Shown here: one piece after another, positions 9,664 through 21,100 of the stretch
Layout of the letters: each line of letters begins with the position of its first letter
How positions within the stretch are numbered: position 1 is the first letter of the stretch
DNA from: a virus
DNA: 64,000 bases
Direction: 5' to 3' (one strand)
Virus record (IMG/VR): IMGVR_UViG_3300036766_000889
Translations under genes and position numbers: made by a program
The notes under the pieces: model-generated
Databases searched by the model: none
Seen by the model: the letters and a program-made list of their open reading frames with translations, nothing else
What the model was told of the DNA's origin: nothing

Positions 9664-12600
9664 TCAAGCCGGTCGGTAGGTAATCGTTATGTCGCCCGGG
9701 GTAACGTACTCAATAGAAGAAACATTAATATCTTTGGATCCTAAATCTCCATGTACGACGTATGTAACTGAGAAACTGTGCATCGACGGTACATCAGGCG
9801 GACTTTGACTATTATCAAGAGAAAGGAACACTTTGTTAGCGGTAAGAGAAAGACGTTTTGAAGTTATGTCTTCTTGACCCACCCCATCAGCAAGAAGAGT
9901 CGCGTCATCTGAGTATCCCTGTATGACAGAACCTTTGGCCCCGATCACCCAGGCTTGATTCGGGTAATAACCAACAGTGTCGATTGATTCCGATTGAATC
10001 ATAACGAGATTATCTTTGAAAACGCCATTGAATACGTTTTTGTCAACACCGCTGTCAACAGTATTGAATGGAAGAGGTTGATCAAGTACGTATACGGCAT
10101 TTGCAAAGAGTGACAAACTAGGAACAAATATATAGTCAGATGGGATTGGTTCACGAATACGCACGGCCCCATCTTTAAGAGTCATCTTAAAGAATGGCTG
10201 TATGATATAATCAACGCCGGTAACACTTTTCATTGCAGCAGTTATATCAGTCTGGTAGATTGATTGACCAACTCCCTTACCATCCGTCATTACAGTAATG
10301 GCAGTCCTTATATTTGAATCAACAGTAGCTTGCACCGAGTTCGGTTTAAGTTGAACGGTAGCTTCAATTGACAAAGGATTTTCAGTTGCTTGCTTTGCTA
10401 TTGCATCAGCTGTCGTGTGCTTTGATTTGTTAATGTTAGCCTGAAGCTGTTGAAGTACATCGTTAACGACATACGTGATAACAAAGTTCTCATCATGTTC
10501 GTAATCAACTGATACGACAGACCCAGTATTGATTGCCGAATCAGCAGAACGAATGATCTTAGCTGGTACTGTCTGCGTTCCGGAAATGATAAAGTAATCG
10601 GGGTTTACCGTATTCGGACCGTTGTAGACTAAAGAACGATCCTTCGAAAGAACTTTGATAGTCAGTACGTTCACACCGACTTTCCCGAGTGATTCAACAA
10701 ACTCTCCTATCATGACATGTTGTTCATCGTTCACCGGGATAAGAATACCACTCGGAACTCCGTCAACCTGTTCGATAGAAACATAATCTTGAGAGATCGT
10801 GCTTTCACCTTCAACGAGCTGGTCCTGATTTTTATATAAAGAAAAACCAGAAGATGAATCCAGTTCGCCAGATGATTCGCCTACAACAGAAACCACGCGA
10901 CGAACTGGCTGAATTTTAGATATAAACCGGTTACTGCTTTGATACCTATAATCACCTTCAATAAAATCATCAAATCTTGTTTCAGGTTGGGGTATTAAAG
11001 TAGACACCTTAATAGTTCGGTAATCTATGATCATAACGCCAGTAAGGTCATAAGATGAAGTAGGAAAGTTTGAGTGGTTCCTCAGTCCAAAATTTTGAGA
11101 AGGGTTATATAACATTTCCTGAATTGAAGATTGAGGCGACAGACGTGAATCTCTAGCTCTAAAAATGAGCTCCGATGAATCAACAATTTCAAATCTTACA
11201 GATTGTGCGATATTGAATTGAAACGCAAACGTTTCCGATACAGTTCTTTCCAACAGTCCCTTTACGTATAAGTCTACTTTTCCACCCGTGTGTTTAAAAC
11301 GGACCGGATCCCAATCACGCATCATGAACTCGTCACCAGACTTAACAACTAGTGCTTGGAAAACCCCGGGAGTCCCATTCGCAATTCTCTCATACCCACC
11401 GGATGTTCCAGTATCAAGAGATGAAAGAGCGTTAAGACAATCCTCGGATAAGTCAAGATTGTTTTGACGGTCACTACCAAAATTAGATGCAACATCATTA
11501 ATAGTTGATAGTCCTGACGCTCCAGATGTGACAGTGTTAAGATCGCCAGCAGGAACATTTCCAATGGAACCAGGCGATTCCGCTATCATCTGAACCTGAA
11601 TCTCGTATCGCTTACTATCGTTATTGTAATAAGCTTGAGCATTTGCCGCAAATAACGTCACTTGGCCGAAAGATCTGAATCTTGGGGCCGTTGAATTTTG
11701 GTTAGAAGCAACCACGGCATTCTGCGAAACAACAAGATTCCTTGTTGGTTTCGTCATTGTGTAAAATGTCTGAAGAACCGACGCAAATTTTTGACCTTTA
11801 CGTTTTCTCCCGTAATTTTGAGCAAGTGAATCAAAAGCCCCATCTATGAGAGACTGGACAGATGTGTCATCGGAAACATTCAAAGCCGTTTTTAGGTTCG
11901 ATTTGTATGCCGAATTTGCAACAAGAACAGATGTTCCTGTCATTCCAGGGTCGTCAATTGCAAGAAGAGCTGGAAAAGATTTAGCACGATGAACGAAGTC
12001 CAAAAGAAAGTAAGCTTTTTGGATTTCGTTAGAAAATGGTTCTATATGAACTTCACGAATGGTAGAACCGGGTATGAGAGACAACGTTGGTTCGGTTTTC
12101 GAAATTTCGTTAATGTAGTCAGCTGCAACTTGACGTTGATCTCTGATTTTTATGCCGCGAATTTGAGTATCGAGCGGTAACGGTCCACCGGAAACTTCTG
12201 GAGAGAAACGACTCTCCATCAATTGACTTGTCGTAGGATCCGTATATACAGCCGTTACAACGTAAAAAATCGGGTCATCGGGTTGAACGGCAGAAAACGT
12301 ATCAGTGTTAAGTATACCAGCATTTGCAGTCGAGTTTCTGTTGTGGTTGAAAACGAACTGTTTCAACTCAGTACGACGAATGATTTCACCGTGGAAGCTG
12401 AAATCCGGACTAGCAAACAACGGCCAAGACGTAGTACCCTTTAGCTCACTGATCTCACCGGTTATTGAATCCGCAGTTTGTAACTGCACCTGAAGCTCTA
12501 AATTTTCGTCAGGTTCAGTGAAATTATAAGTGAAATCAAGCATAACCGTCTCGTCTGTGACGGTTTCCGTAGCTTTTGAGCTCGGGATGATATCAAGATT

Positions 12601-13092
12601 TATTTTAAGATAACCATTCGTTCCGCCACCGGCTGCCGGAGAACCATATACGTTGTACCCAACAGCGGATTCAGAGTTCAGATTTGACCAAACAATATCT
12701 AGAGTAGTTGCTCGACGTCTAACATTCAAACCAGATGGGGGAGCAAAAGCTAGTTGGGACTCAACACTTGGAACAGCGTTTACTGTAACAGTAGATGGGG
12801 TGCTTACTGAACCTGATATGTCAACTGACCTGATCTGGATAGTATTATACCCGGTCTCTAAAGCTATACCCTCGGGGAAGCTTAACGGGTTAGGCACTCT
12901 AAAATTCGGCAGAACGAGGCCGACGAGAGTGGGGTCCGACACAAACCCGGCATCGTTAATGTTGATCTGAACATCAACAGTGTTCGGATCAACAGTTCCA
13001 GAAAATTGGATCCCACGAAGATTCGTGGTAACGACCAGGTTCGTGGTTGTACCAGTACTATCGAATAGGTTAATTCTCGGTGCTGTCGCCAT
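9664..13092 (-). CDS. Baseplate J / gp6-like wedge protein with N-terminal Ig/FN3-like domains (1142 aa)
   Basis: IPGSTIREVHIEP, FDSLAQNYGRKRK, AESPGSIGNVPAG, GGKVDLYV and VTGVDYI are baseplate-J hallmarks. Confidence 0.8.
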   Translation of the reverse strand: MATAPRINLFDSTGTTTNLVVTTNLRGIQFSGTVDPNTVDVQININDAGFVSDPTLVGLVLPNFRVPNPLSFPEGIALETGYNTIQIRSVDISGSVSTPSTVTVNAVPSVESQLAFAPPSGLNVRRRATTLDIVWSNLNSESAVGYNVYGSPAAGGGTNGYLKINLDIIPSSKATETVTDETVMLDFTYNFTEPDENLELQVQLQTADSITGEISELKGTTSWPLFASPDFSFHGEIIRRTELKQFVFNHNRNSTANAGILNTDTFSAVQPDDPIFYVVTAVYTDPTTSQLMESRFSPEVSGGPLPLDTQIRGIKIRDQRQVAADYINEISKTEPTLSLIPGSTIREVHIEPFSNEIQKAYFLLDFVHRAKSFPALLAIDDPGMTGTSVLVANSAYKSNLKTALNVSDDTSVQSLIDGAFDSLAQNYGRKRKGQKFASVLQTFYTMTKPTRNLVVSQNAVVASNQNSTAPRFRSFGQVTLFAANAQAYYNNDSKRYEIQVQMIAESPGSIGNVPAGDLNTVTSGASGLSTINDVASNFGSDRQNNLDLSEDCLNALSSLDTGTSGGYERIANGTPGVFQALVVKSGDEFMMRDWDPVRFKHTGGKVDLYVKGLLERTVSETFAFQFNIAQSVRFEIVDSSELIFRARDSRLSPQSSIQEMLYNPSQNFGLRNHSNFPTSSYDLTGVMIIDYRTIKVSTLIPQPETRFDDFIEGDYRYQSSNRFISKIQPVRRVVSVVGESSGELDSSSGFSLYKNQDQLVEGESTISQDYVSIEQVDGVPSGILIPVNDEQHVMIGEFVESLGKVGVNVLTIKVLSKDRSLVYNGPNTVNPDYFIISGTQTVPAKIIRSADSAINTGSVVSVDYEHDENFVITYVVNDVLQQLQANINKSKHTTADAIAKQATENPLSIEATVQLKPNSVQATVDSNIRTAITVMTDGKGVGQSIYQTDITAAMKSVTGVDYIIQPFFKMTLKDGAVRIREPIPSDYIFVPSLSLFANAVYVLDQPLPFNTVDSGVDKNVFNGVFKDNLVMIQSESIDTVGYYPNQAWVIGAKGSVIQGYSDDATLLADGVGQEDITSKRLSLTANKVFLSLDNSQSPPDVPSMHSFSVTYVVHGDLGSKDINVSSIEYVTPGDITITYRPA

Positions 13093-13126
13093 GTTGACGA
13101 CTATACCTGATAGAAAGCCTGATGAA

Positions 13127-14284
13127 CTAGACTATTCTGAACGATTTACCACCGGAGGAGAGAAAGAATGGATTCGGGTTACCAATTAGTCTTTTCAGAA
13201 CCACTGGTTCACGGCTTCTAGATGTTATTCCCGTAACAACTACGGCAACTGTCGGATCCTCGTCTGGAACTTGAACAGTCAAGCTCCCAAGAGAGTATGG
13301 AAACTCCGCGTCAGAAACTTCCTGAAACGGGAATTGTTGGTCCTGCTGCATTTTAATATTCTGATATGTTTTGAAGGTCTGGCTGATATCAAGAGTGATG
13401 AGAGAAGATGCTGATACCCCTCCAGTTATATTCTTACCACCTATACGATCGGTTAATCTAGACCCCAACCAAGGCCATTTGAAGTGCGATCCGGCTCTCG
13501 TAAATAAAAATTTCCCGAATTCTTGAGCAAGCAGATCAGAGTCTGTAACTGTTTCATATGATCCATTTAATGGGCTATAGTCAAATTCAATTTGAATCCC
13601 ATGACATCTTCGACAGTTAGATGGAATTGTGAAATATCCAATCTGAAAAGTTGGACTGGAATTTCTAATCGGTTCTGAAAATTTGATTAGTTTCCCATTC
13701 CCGCCAGCGACAAGGGTGAGATCATCATCTATAATATTCCAGGAAGGAAAAGTCCTTCGACTAACAACTTTCCTACCAGGTATTATCCCAATTTGAGTGT
13801 ATCCGGCGAGCACCCGATGTGTGGTAGGTAAAGAACTTGTACGATCTGTCCATCGTGGATCTGGGAATGAAAACGAAACGGCCGATGGGCCAGATATTGG
13901 AGATTTAAAGAACACCCTTCCGTTGGAGGATGTAATGGATAATTCAGGTATCTTTAAAGATAAATCTTTCGCCAGGTCAAAAGCTTTTACGTTATTTCCG
14001 GAGATCATCTGAATCAGTCTGGACATCCCAGAGCCGACTTGAACGTATAGCATGTCGCTAACGCCAGAAACTATTCTATATGGTTCTATGCGAGATAGTG
14101 GAAGTTCTGGAACAGACCATATTCCGGATGGAGGAACAAACATCCCGTCCATCCAAACAGTGACGTTTGAATTGGACGGGTTCTTCGGAAATCTGATTGA
14201 GTCGTCTGAGTCAGCGATAAGACTAACAGTCTCGAGCTTCACTTCGTGGGAACAAACTTTTTCCAACGCGAAATCGTAACTCAT
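13127..14284 (-). CDS. Baseplate wedge protein with probable C-terminal gp25/gpW-like domain
   Basis: LLAQEFGKFLFTRAGSHFKWPWLGSRL resembles the gp25 T..GE....P.FG motif; lies upstream of J. Confidence 0.55.
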   Translation of the reverse strand: MSYDFALEKVCSHEVKLETVSLIADSDDSIRFPKNPSNSNVTVWMDGMFVPPSGIWSVPELPLSRIEPYRIVSGVSDMLYVQVGSGMSRLIQMISGNNVKAFDLAKDLSLKIPELSITSSNGRVFFKSPISGPSAVSFSFPDPRWTDRTSSLPTTHRVLAGYTQIGIIPGRKVVSRRTFPSWNIIDDDLTLVAGGNGKLIKFSEPIRNSSPTFQIGYFTIPSNCRRCHGIQIEFDYSPLNGSYETVTDSDLLAQEFGKFLFTRAGSHFKWPWLGSRLTDRIGGKNITGGVSASSLITLDISQTFKTYQNIKMQQDQQFPFQEVSDAEFPYSLGSLTVQVPDEDPTVAVVVTGITSRSREPVVLKRLIGNPNPFFLSSGGKSFRIV

Positions 14285-15054
14285 ACTGGTGTAGTCCCCC
14301 CGCCATCGTTTAAACCACGTAAGGAATTCGCATCTTCTGTCAAAAGATCTTCCTCAGAATTCTTGTCTCCGATTCTCCCGATATCTTTCCCAAACTTGTC
14401 TTTGCTAATAACCACATTCATAGCGCCGGGGGTAAACATTTCGCCCATAACGGCGGCAATCTGGTCATCAACAGACCTATTGGCAGAACTACCTATCATT
14501 CTACTGAGGTCTCTAACTTCATTACTGAGTTGGTCAGAGTAATCGAGACATCGTTTGATCTTGAACTCCAGGTGCTCCCTCTTTCTTTTGATGACCTCGA
14601 GTTGCCAAAATTTAAGTCTCTGAACTCTCAAACCAAGGTCACGGTCAAATCGTTGGTCACCTCTATTTCGACGTCCGTTTGAAAACACGTCAGAGTAACC
14701 GGATGTAGGACCCCCGTCAATGTTCACACCGCGTGTCAGAAAAACAGGTTTATCTGACGTCCTCAATAACATATCTCTTTCTGGAACGCCACCAAGAATT
14801 TTGTAAGCTTGAATAAGCTTAGCGCCATAACTATTCGGAGGGTTACATGAAAAACTCAGCGGGTCATTGTTGTCGTCATATATCGTTTCAAATATACCAT
14901 TCATCCCAAGCTGACGATTGAGCCAGTTTATTCTATCCTTGATGTCTTGGTCTTGGATCTTGGAAAAGTCGACAAGTTCGTCAAACTGCCCAGTAGTAAA
15001 GGTTCCAAAGAAATTAAAACTAATAACCCACCTCGATCTTTCTCTGGTGGACAC
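14281..15054 (-). CDS. Hypothetical virion protein; start uncertain (GTG 15054 or ATT 15024 rather than 15207)
   Basis: The 5' part of the 308-aa ORF overlaps the HNH gene; RBS-like GGAGG and GAGG precede 15054 and 15024. Confidence 0.55.
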   Translation of the reverse strand: MSTRERSRWVISFNFFGTFTTGQFDELVDFSKIQDQDIKDRINWLNRQLGMNGIFETIYDDNNDPLSFSCNPPNSYGAKLIQAYKILGGVPERDMLLRTSDKPVFLTRGVNIDGGPTSGYSDVFSNGRRNRGDQRFDRDLGLRVQRLKFWQLEVIKRKREHLEFKIKRCLDYSDQLSNEVRDLSRMIGSSANRSVDDQIAAVMGEMFTPGAMNVVISKDKFGKDIGRIGDKNSEEDLLTEDANSLRGLNDGGGTTPV

Positions 15055-15703
15055 ATACTCCTCCACCAAGATATTTGCTGAAGTTACAATTCCAACAAAG
15101 TAATTGAAATAAAGACATATCGATTTTCTTATCAAGAATAAGTTTATAAAGGTCTGCTCCACCTCTCGGCCCAAGGCAAGAAGAACCATCATTATTAATA
15201 TGATCAACTGTCAGTCGGAAAATTCCGGTGTCTTCACAGCATTTACATATACCACCCAGAAAATTTATCACTTCCAGACGTATCTCAATGCTTTTGATAC
15301 GACGGTTTTCATTTCGCCGTGTAGATGATGAATGTTTCGGCCGAGTCATTTCTATTTCATCATTGCAATTCCGACATAGTATCCTGTACCTAGACCTACA
15401 CTCCGGATTTTTAAGTATAAACTTCTTTATTTGATCAGGATGTTTTGACTGACGTTCAATTGAACCATCACCATCAACATGGTCTACTGTCAAAAATTCA
15501 CGTTCTGTAATTCCACAAATATCACACTTCGCACCAAGTAATTCAATACATTTATTACGAATTGATTGATTATAAAGACGCAAACGAATAGCAGAACAAT
15601 CAGCACATACTGGTCGAGTAGGTCTAGTACGCGAATATTTATGAAATCCACATAACGGATCAAAACGAGAACAAGAACCACACGTTTTTTGTTCTCGTAT
15701 CAT
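15020..15703 (-). CDS. HNH homing endonuclease (two HNH/Zn-finger units)
   Basis: CDIC...LTVDHVDGDG...LCRNCN and CKCC...LTVDHINNDG...LCWNCN. Confidence 0.85.
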   Translation of the reverse strand: MIREQKTCGSCSRFDPLCGFHKYSRTRPTRPVCADCSAIRLRLYNQSIRNKCIELLGAKCDICGITEREFLTVDHVDGDGSIERQSKHPDQIKKFILKNPECRSRYRILCRNCNDEIEMTRPKHSSSTRRNENRRIKSIEIRLEVINFLGGICKCCEDTGIFRLTVDHINNDGSSCLGPRGGADLYKLILDKKIDMSLFQLLCWNCNFSKYLGGGVCVHQRKIEVGY

Positions 15704-15733
15704 AAATTGTGGTCATTAACACTTAACACGTGT

Positions 15734-17893
15734 TCAAGCCCATCCGCCGCCAAGAATGAAACCCAACGCTTTAAAAGCTCCTAAAAACGCAGGACCGGGA
15801 CCACCAGCACATAAAACTATTCCGGAGTGAAGTCCAAAAGGGGAACTACCGGGTTTGTTGTCCGATGTCATAATGGCTGATGCAAGACCAGCAGAGGAGT
15901 CTCCCGTGGTAAACAATATAGAAACAGACACTTCTATATTCAGAAGGTCTATCAAATCAATAATAGCGACTATGAAATTTTCAAGTTGTTGAATTTTTGA
16001 GATTATGTTTTCAATTATGGCAATGATGTCTTTAATTACTGAGTCGAGAGCCTTTAGAAGATCTTCGATAAACCTCAAAAAATCATTCAAAAATGGTGTG
16101 AGAGCAGGAAATATATCCCCGATTGTTAACGAATACCATTGTAAATAATCCGGACTAGAGGTACTTGTACCTATTGCTAAGCGAAGGAAATTCGCTAATG
16201 CTTGTCTTTGATCTTTACTAATGGCAACTTCATCTTTACCGAACTTGATGCGTTTGATCGGATATGGACCATCAAAAGGTCCGCCATTTTTATAAGTTGA
16301 TTCCTTACCAAGATAGTTATTTATCTTTGAAACAACCGACGGCGTTATACCACTTTTTATTCCAACAAGACCCCATTTGAACTCAGATTCCAGAACCGTA
16401 TGTACGGTTTCAGCAACACCATCATTCCATTTTTCTGCCATCATATCCAAAAGTTCAGGCTTTGAATTAGATGATGATGCCACTATATCTGATAAATGAC
16501 GAGCTGCCCATTTAAAAAAGACCGCATCTCTTATTGATGACGAGTTACTATAAGCTCCTTTGAGCGGAGCCACTTGACCAGATAACAACCCAAGACTTCC
16601 CCACCCTGTTTTTTGTTCAACTATATCTTCAGATTCGTCACCAGTAGCAGCCGGGAATTCAAAATTGAGAAGAAGTCCTGCTTTAACAGCATCGTAGACG
16701 TGCTTGTAAACATTAAAACTGTGTACACCAGCGTTAGGTCGAGGACAGTATCCACGAACCGGTGTGCTGGCGTCTCCCATAACCACGCCTTTTCCGTAGT
16801 TAATGCGAGGAATGCCGTTCTCATATTTAATTAGTCTACTTTTTATTACGTCATCAACCGTTTTCGAGTCGAGATAATCTTTCGGATCTCCAAAATACGC
16901 TCGAATTCTATACCAATAGTTTTTCCCAGCAACAAGAGCGTCGTCGTCGTCAACATAACGATAGGTTCCAGAAAGTTGACCACGAATAAGACTCAACTCA
17001 GTTGACATTTTGAATTTATCAGAGAAATGTTTATATGCATTTCCATTAAATTCTTTTAACTCTGCTTTTTGAACTGGCTGAGGGAAATTGAACTTTTCTA
17101 TAGTTGATTTTACAGAAGATCCATACATCAGACCCTTTATCGGAATTAGAACTTCTTCTCCTGTAGCAAAATCAGATCTTTCGATTATGAAATTTGGAAA
17201 TGTGAACGAATTTACGAAATTCGTTAGTGAGTTAACGAATGTCGGCCCGACTGCTGAAGATGGCTTTGAAGGCATCTTCCATTCGAGAGATATTTTCTTA
17301 TCAAGGTCTTGTGTGAACGTGTCTTCAAAAGATTGAACAATTTGAGCTAGTCCATCAGACCCTTTAAATATTGGTGAAGTTTTGACACTAACAGGAGCGG
17401 GTAAACCGGTTAGTGATTTCGGATGACGAAGAAGAGAAAGAAGAGCCATGAGTTGAGCCATCAAGTCTCCCGGAGACTCAACGCCGATATAAAAAACAAG
17501 CATTCCGGCGAAAGAACCGGAAGGATACTGTGGACGGAAAATATCGGTGTTGTCAAAGAATTTTGAAACAACCTTCGTTTCGAATTCCGTATAACCACCG
17601 GATACTGACTGGATCGTTGCTTCAAAATCTCCGGCTGAAAAGTCCGGATGAACAAGGAGAACGGCTATTCCTGATGATTCGATCTGATTAATGATCGTTC
17701 GAATCGCAGCTAAAAGAATTGCGATCAGGGCTTTTATCGGACTCAAGAAATCTATTAAGAATGTCTTGAGTAACGCAATCAAAGCTTCGAGAATAGCCTC
17801 TACTGTTTGAAGTATCGATAAAGCCCCCTGCAGAGGTGGCTTAAGTGGCTCAAATGGTGCAAATTTGAACTGAATGCTAGACCAAGTGCTCAT
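15734..17893 (-). CDS. Virion structural protein (719 aa) with helical termini and a central FN3-like domain
   Basis: YVDDDDALVAGKNYWYRIRA is FN3-like; amphipathic helices at both ends; baseplate context. Confidence 0.5.
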   Translation of the reverse strand: MSTWSSIQFKFAPFEPLKPPLQGALSILQTVEAILEALIALLKTFLIDFLSPIKALIAILLAAIRTIINQIESSGIAVLLVHPDFSAGDFEATIQSVSGGYTEFETKVVSKFFDNTDIFRPQYPSGSFAGMLVFYIGVESPGDLMAQLMALLSLLRHPKSLTGLPAPVSVKTSPIFKGSDGLAQIVQSFEDTFTQDLDKKISLEWKMPSKPSSAVGPTFVNSLTNFVNSFTFPNFIIERSDFATGEEVLIPIKGLMYGSSVKSTIEKFNFPQPVQKAELKEFNGNAYKHFSDKFKMSTELSLIRGQLSGTYRYVDDDDALVAGKNYWYRIRAYFGDPKDYLDSKTVDDVIKSRLIKYENGIPRINYGKGVVMGDASTPVRGYCPRPNAGVHSFNVYKHVYDAVKAGLLLNFEFPAATGDESEDIVEQKTGWGSLGLLSGQVAPLKGAYSNSSSIRDAVFFKWAARHLSDIVASSSNSKPELLDMMAEKWNDGVAETVHTVLESEFKWGLVGIKSGITPSVVSKINNYLGKESTYKNGGPFDGPYPIKRIKFGKDEVAISKDQRQALANFLRLAIGTSTSSPDYLQWYSLTIGDIFPALTPFLNDFLRFIEDLLKALDSVIKDIIAIIENIISKIQQLENFIVAIIDLIDLLNIEVSVSILFTTGDSSAGLASAIMTSDNKPGSSPFGLHSGIVLCAGGPGPAFLGAFKALGFILGGGWA

Positions 17894-17961
17894 AACTACC
17901 CCGCATTGCGTTCAAAAGAATGCAAAAACAAAAATTCAATAATGTGTTAAACGGGTATATG

Positions 17962-18147
17962 TTATTTCTTTCTTTGAATAGAATCTCTAGCGCCTACCAT
18001 TTGTGCTAGTTTTGCTTTCTCGTGGTTTATTTGTTTTTGTATCGCGAGTTTAAGAACTTCTAGATGAGGAACAAACTTTCTAAAGTTTACTTGTTGGTCG
18101 TGTTGCCAAGACCCATCGGTTGACTTCTTCTTTTCTTCTTCCGTCAT
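17962..18147 (-). CDS. Small hypothetical protein (61 aa)
   Basis: ATGA-coupled to the upstream gene. Confidence 0.55.
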   Translation of the reverse strand: MTEEEKKKSTDGSWQHDQQVNFRKFVPHLEVLKLAIQKQINHEKAKLAQMVGARDSIQRKK

Positions 18148-21100
18148 AGAGCTAGACTTTCAGCAATTAGAAGTTTCCTCTGATTTGAAATAAGTTTTCC
18201 AGTGTTCTCTTCTCTCTGAGATTTTGACTGATTCCTTTTAGAAATTGTTCCATCCTTCTTGTCTGTTCTTTGTTGAATCCATAAGTATCTAACATCATAA
18301 AGTTCATCTTCTACAGATAAGAGATCAGATACTTGACTTATAAAATCCGCGACATAAGTTATTCGTGCTCCAACAGTACTAATTCTACTAGAAACCCCAC
18401 CGAGTGTAGGTGAAGAATACCACGCAAGTGTGGAATTGTAGAAAGCGATGGTCTTTGACAAAAATTCAACACATGCTTGTGGTTCTCTTTCAGAAACAAA
18501 CGACCAAGGTTGTATGACGATGTACGGGGTGGAAGAACCAATTGATGGAAATGCCGCATAAGGAAATTCAGTTGAAATTGTAATAGTATTAATTGTAGAA
18601 GAAACGATCTTATATAACCCACGGTTTGAACCGCTCGATACATACAAAACGCTAGAAGAACTAAAAGGCGGAAATATTGAAGTAAAATTACCTGACGGAT
18701 CACTAAGGACGGTCGGGGAAGATGCTACGCCAGTACCGGAAGCACGTTGTTGACCAAGGCTTAAAATTATCTGATCTACGCTAATAAGTTCAGAGTTAAC
18801 GTTGCCGATAAGAGCAGGTGGAACTGCAAAGGATTCCACGAAATTGTTAAGAACTCCGAGTTCTAAAGAATACAAATTGACGAAAGAATCGTTTTGTGAT
18901 TGATGCACCACAAAATCACTGCCGATCGTGTCAATTTGCAAAACAAGTGGTGGATGCACGACAACAGCCGTCGTAGGAGTCGGAGTCGGAGTCGATGCTA
19001 TTTGAACTTTTTTCCCAATATTTGGACCATTAACAAACTCTATGTAGGATCCGGCAATGAGTTGAAAAGTCGTATTAGTGACCGTAAACAAGTCAACAGC
19101 GACTCTGGCGTTACCAACCCCACTCAAAAGCAACAACTCATCTGATAACAAGCTAGTCTCAGAGGGTCTAAACAGCGGAGGAACCGACGGACGTCCGGAA
19201 TCTGTTAGAACACTTCCATCTAGAACAGGGATACGTCTTGGAGCGATATCGGTGTTAGAAAACGTGACATCAGATTGAATGATTTCACTTCCCATAACCG
19301 GAGTTTGTATAGAGCTAAACGGAGGAGGTAGAGAAAAATTCTTAATGTTTCCATTTTTAAAATTGACATTCAAATCTCTTCCTACCGAGTAATAACTTTT
19401 CTTGAGTTCTTGAACGATACTACCAGCACGAAGAGATGTTGGTGTGTCAATTTCAACATAAATAGTAATAACAGATAATAATGAAATTGATGTGACAGAT
19501 AAAATTGTAGCAGAAATTTCCAATGAACCATTCGGAGTATAAACATCGACAGGACCCGGTACGAATTCCGGTATCAGATTATCAGGATCACCATTTTGTG
19601 GGATTATGAGAGTCGTCCCACCGTTAGTCGTGGTAAACAATGAAAAAGACGGAGCTGAAGACATGGCTCCAACTCCTGTCAGATGCGGAACCATAAGACT
19701 CCCCATTTGTTTTTTAAAATTACCAACACCTATATTGTCATTAAGCGCGGCAACAACCAGTGTTCCTATAGGAAAGATTCTTGACAACTCATTTGGCTCG
19801 TACATGTAAGAATAGACAGGAACCTCTTTAAAATCAAAAAATCCAGTTAAAACAAGGTCTACGTAAATTAGAGCACTGTCGTCTATGTCGTTCGTGATTT
19901 CACCATAAGAGGAAGCTACAGGATTGGAAAGATTACCGTCAAATCTAAACTTACCAGATATTCCACCGACTACGCGTCCATCTAGGTCAGATAAAATATC
20001 TTCCCAAGAGTTAATAAGGTCGTTGTAAAACTTGAGTAGTCTTGATATAACAACGTCAACATTTGACATATGTTGTTCATTGAAGTACAGACTTGGGTTA
20101 CCCATATCCTTTAACTTCAGTGAGCTTTTGCTTTCAATATTTGGACCAGAAGAAGCCCCGGTCGTTAGAGATCCTTTCAGTTCATCAACTACTTCAGGAA
20201 TGAATGTTACTATAGATTCGCGACGAAAGAAAAATGTGTCCGGAGAATATAAGTTATAATTTAAAACAAGCTTTTGACCCTGAATCCCATTTGTTTGGGT
20301 AGGGGCAATCTGAGAAGAGTAGTTAAAAGTAAATGTAGTTCCAGCCGGTTTAACGACACTGTAAACATACATGGCTTCAAGTATGTCTCCATATCCAACT
20401 TCAGACAATAAAGTAACCAAACCTCCTTCAGAAACGTTAAAGTCAACACCTTTCTGAAGAACGGCAGGCGTTGGCCCGTCTTTTACGAGTGTGAATGGAT
20501 AAGACTTAATGCTTGCTGGTTTATTTGTTTGAAATTTTCCGCCAGGCTCAAGAACTGGACGAATTGTATACCTAAGTCCTGCAAGTATGTAATTTCTTGT
20601 GGAAGGACTTGCAATAACAACATCCGTGTTTCCAGTTTTCTGATTAAATGAAACAGATATTGATTTGTAAGGATCTCCATCAATAAAAAATATCATTCCT
20701 TGTATATATGACTTTTTTCCAGACACAGAAATGATGTTACCGCCTTTTGTGACGGTATCAACCATTGAAGTTTCAGTAACAAGATAATTTTCAAAATCAG
20801 ATATTGGTCCAGTAACAAGCATTTTAGCGTTAGTTACAGTAACATCAGGAGCAGGGAAAAACACGACTGTGGTTGAATCAGTTACACTATTATATAAAAC
20901 TGATTGAATTGAAAAAACTTGTATATCAGACGCGAGAACAGCACCACCTTGGACAAGAATAGAGGTTTGGTTACCATTGAATATAGATGGAGGTGCTATT
21001 CCAATATCATTTGAATCGAGAGCATCATATGGAGAAGCAATAGCATCTCTCCCAAGAATTACAGGATAGTCAACGTCTATGGGTGCGTACGGAAGTGTGA

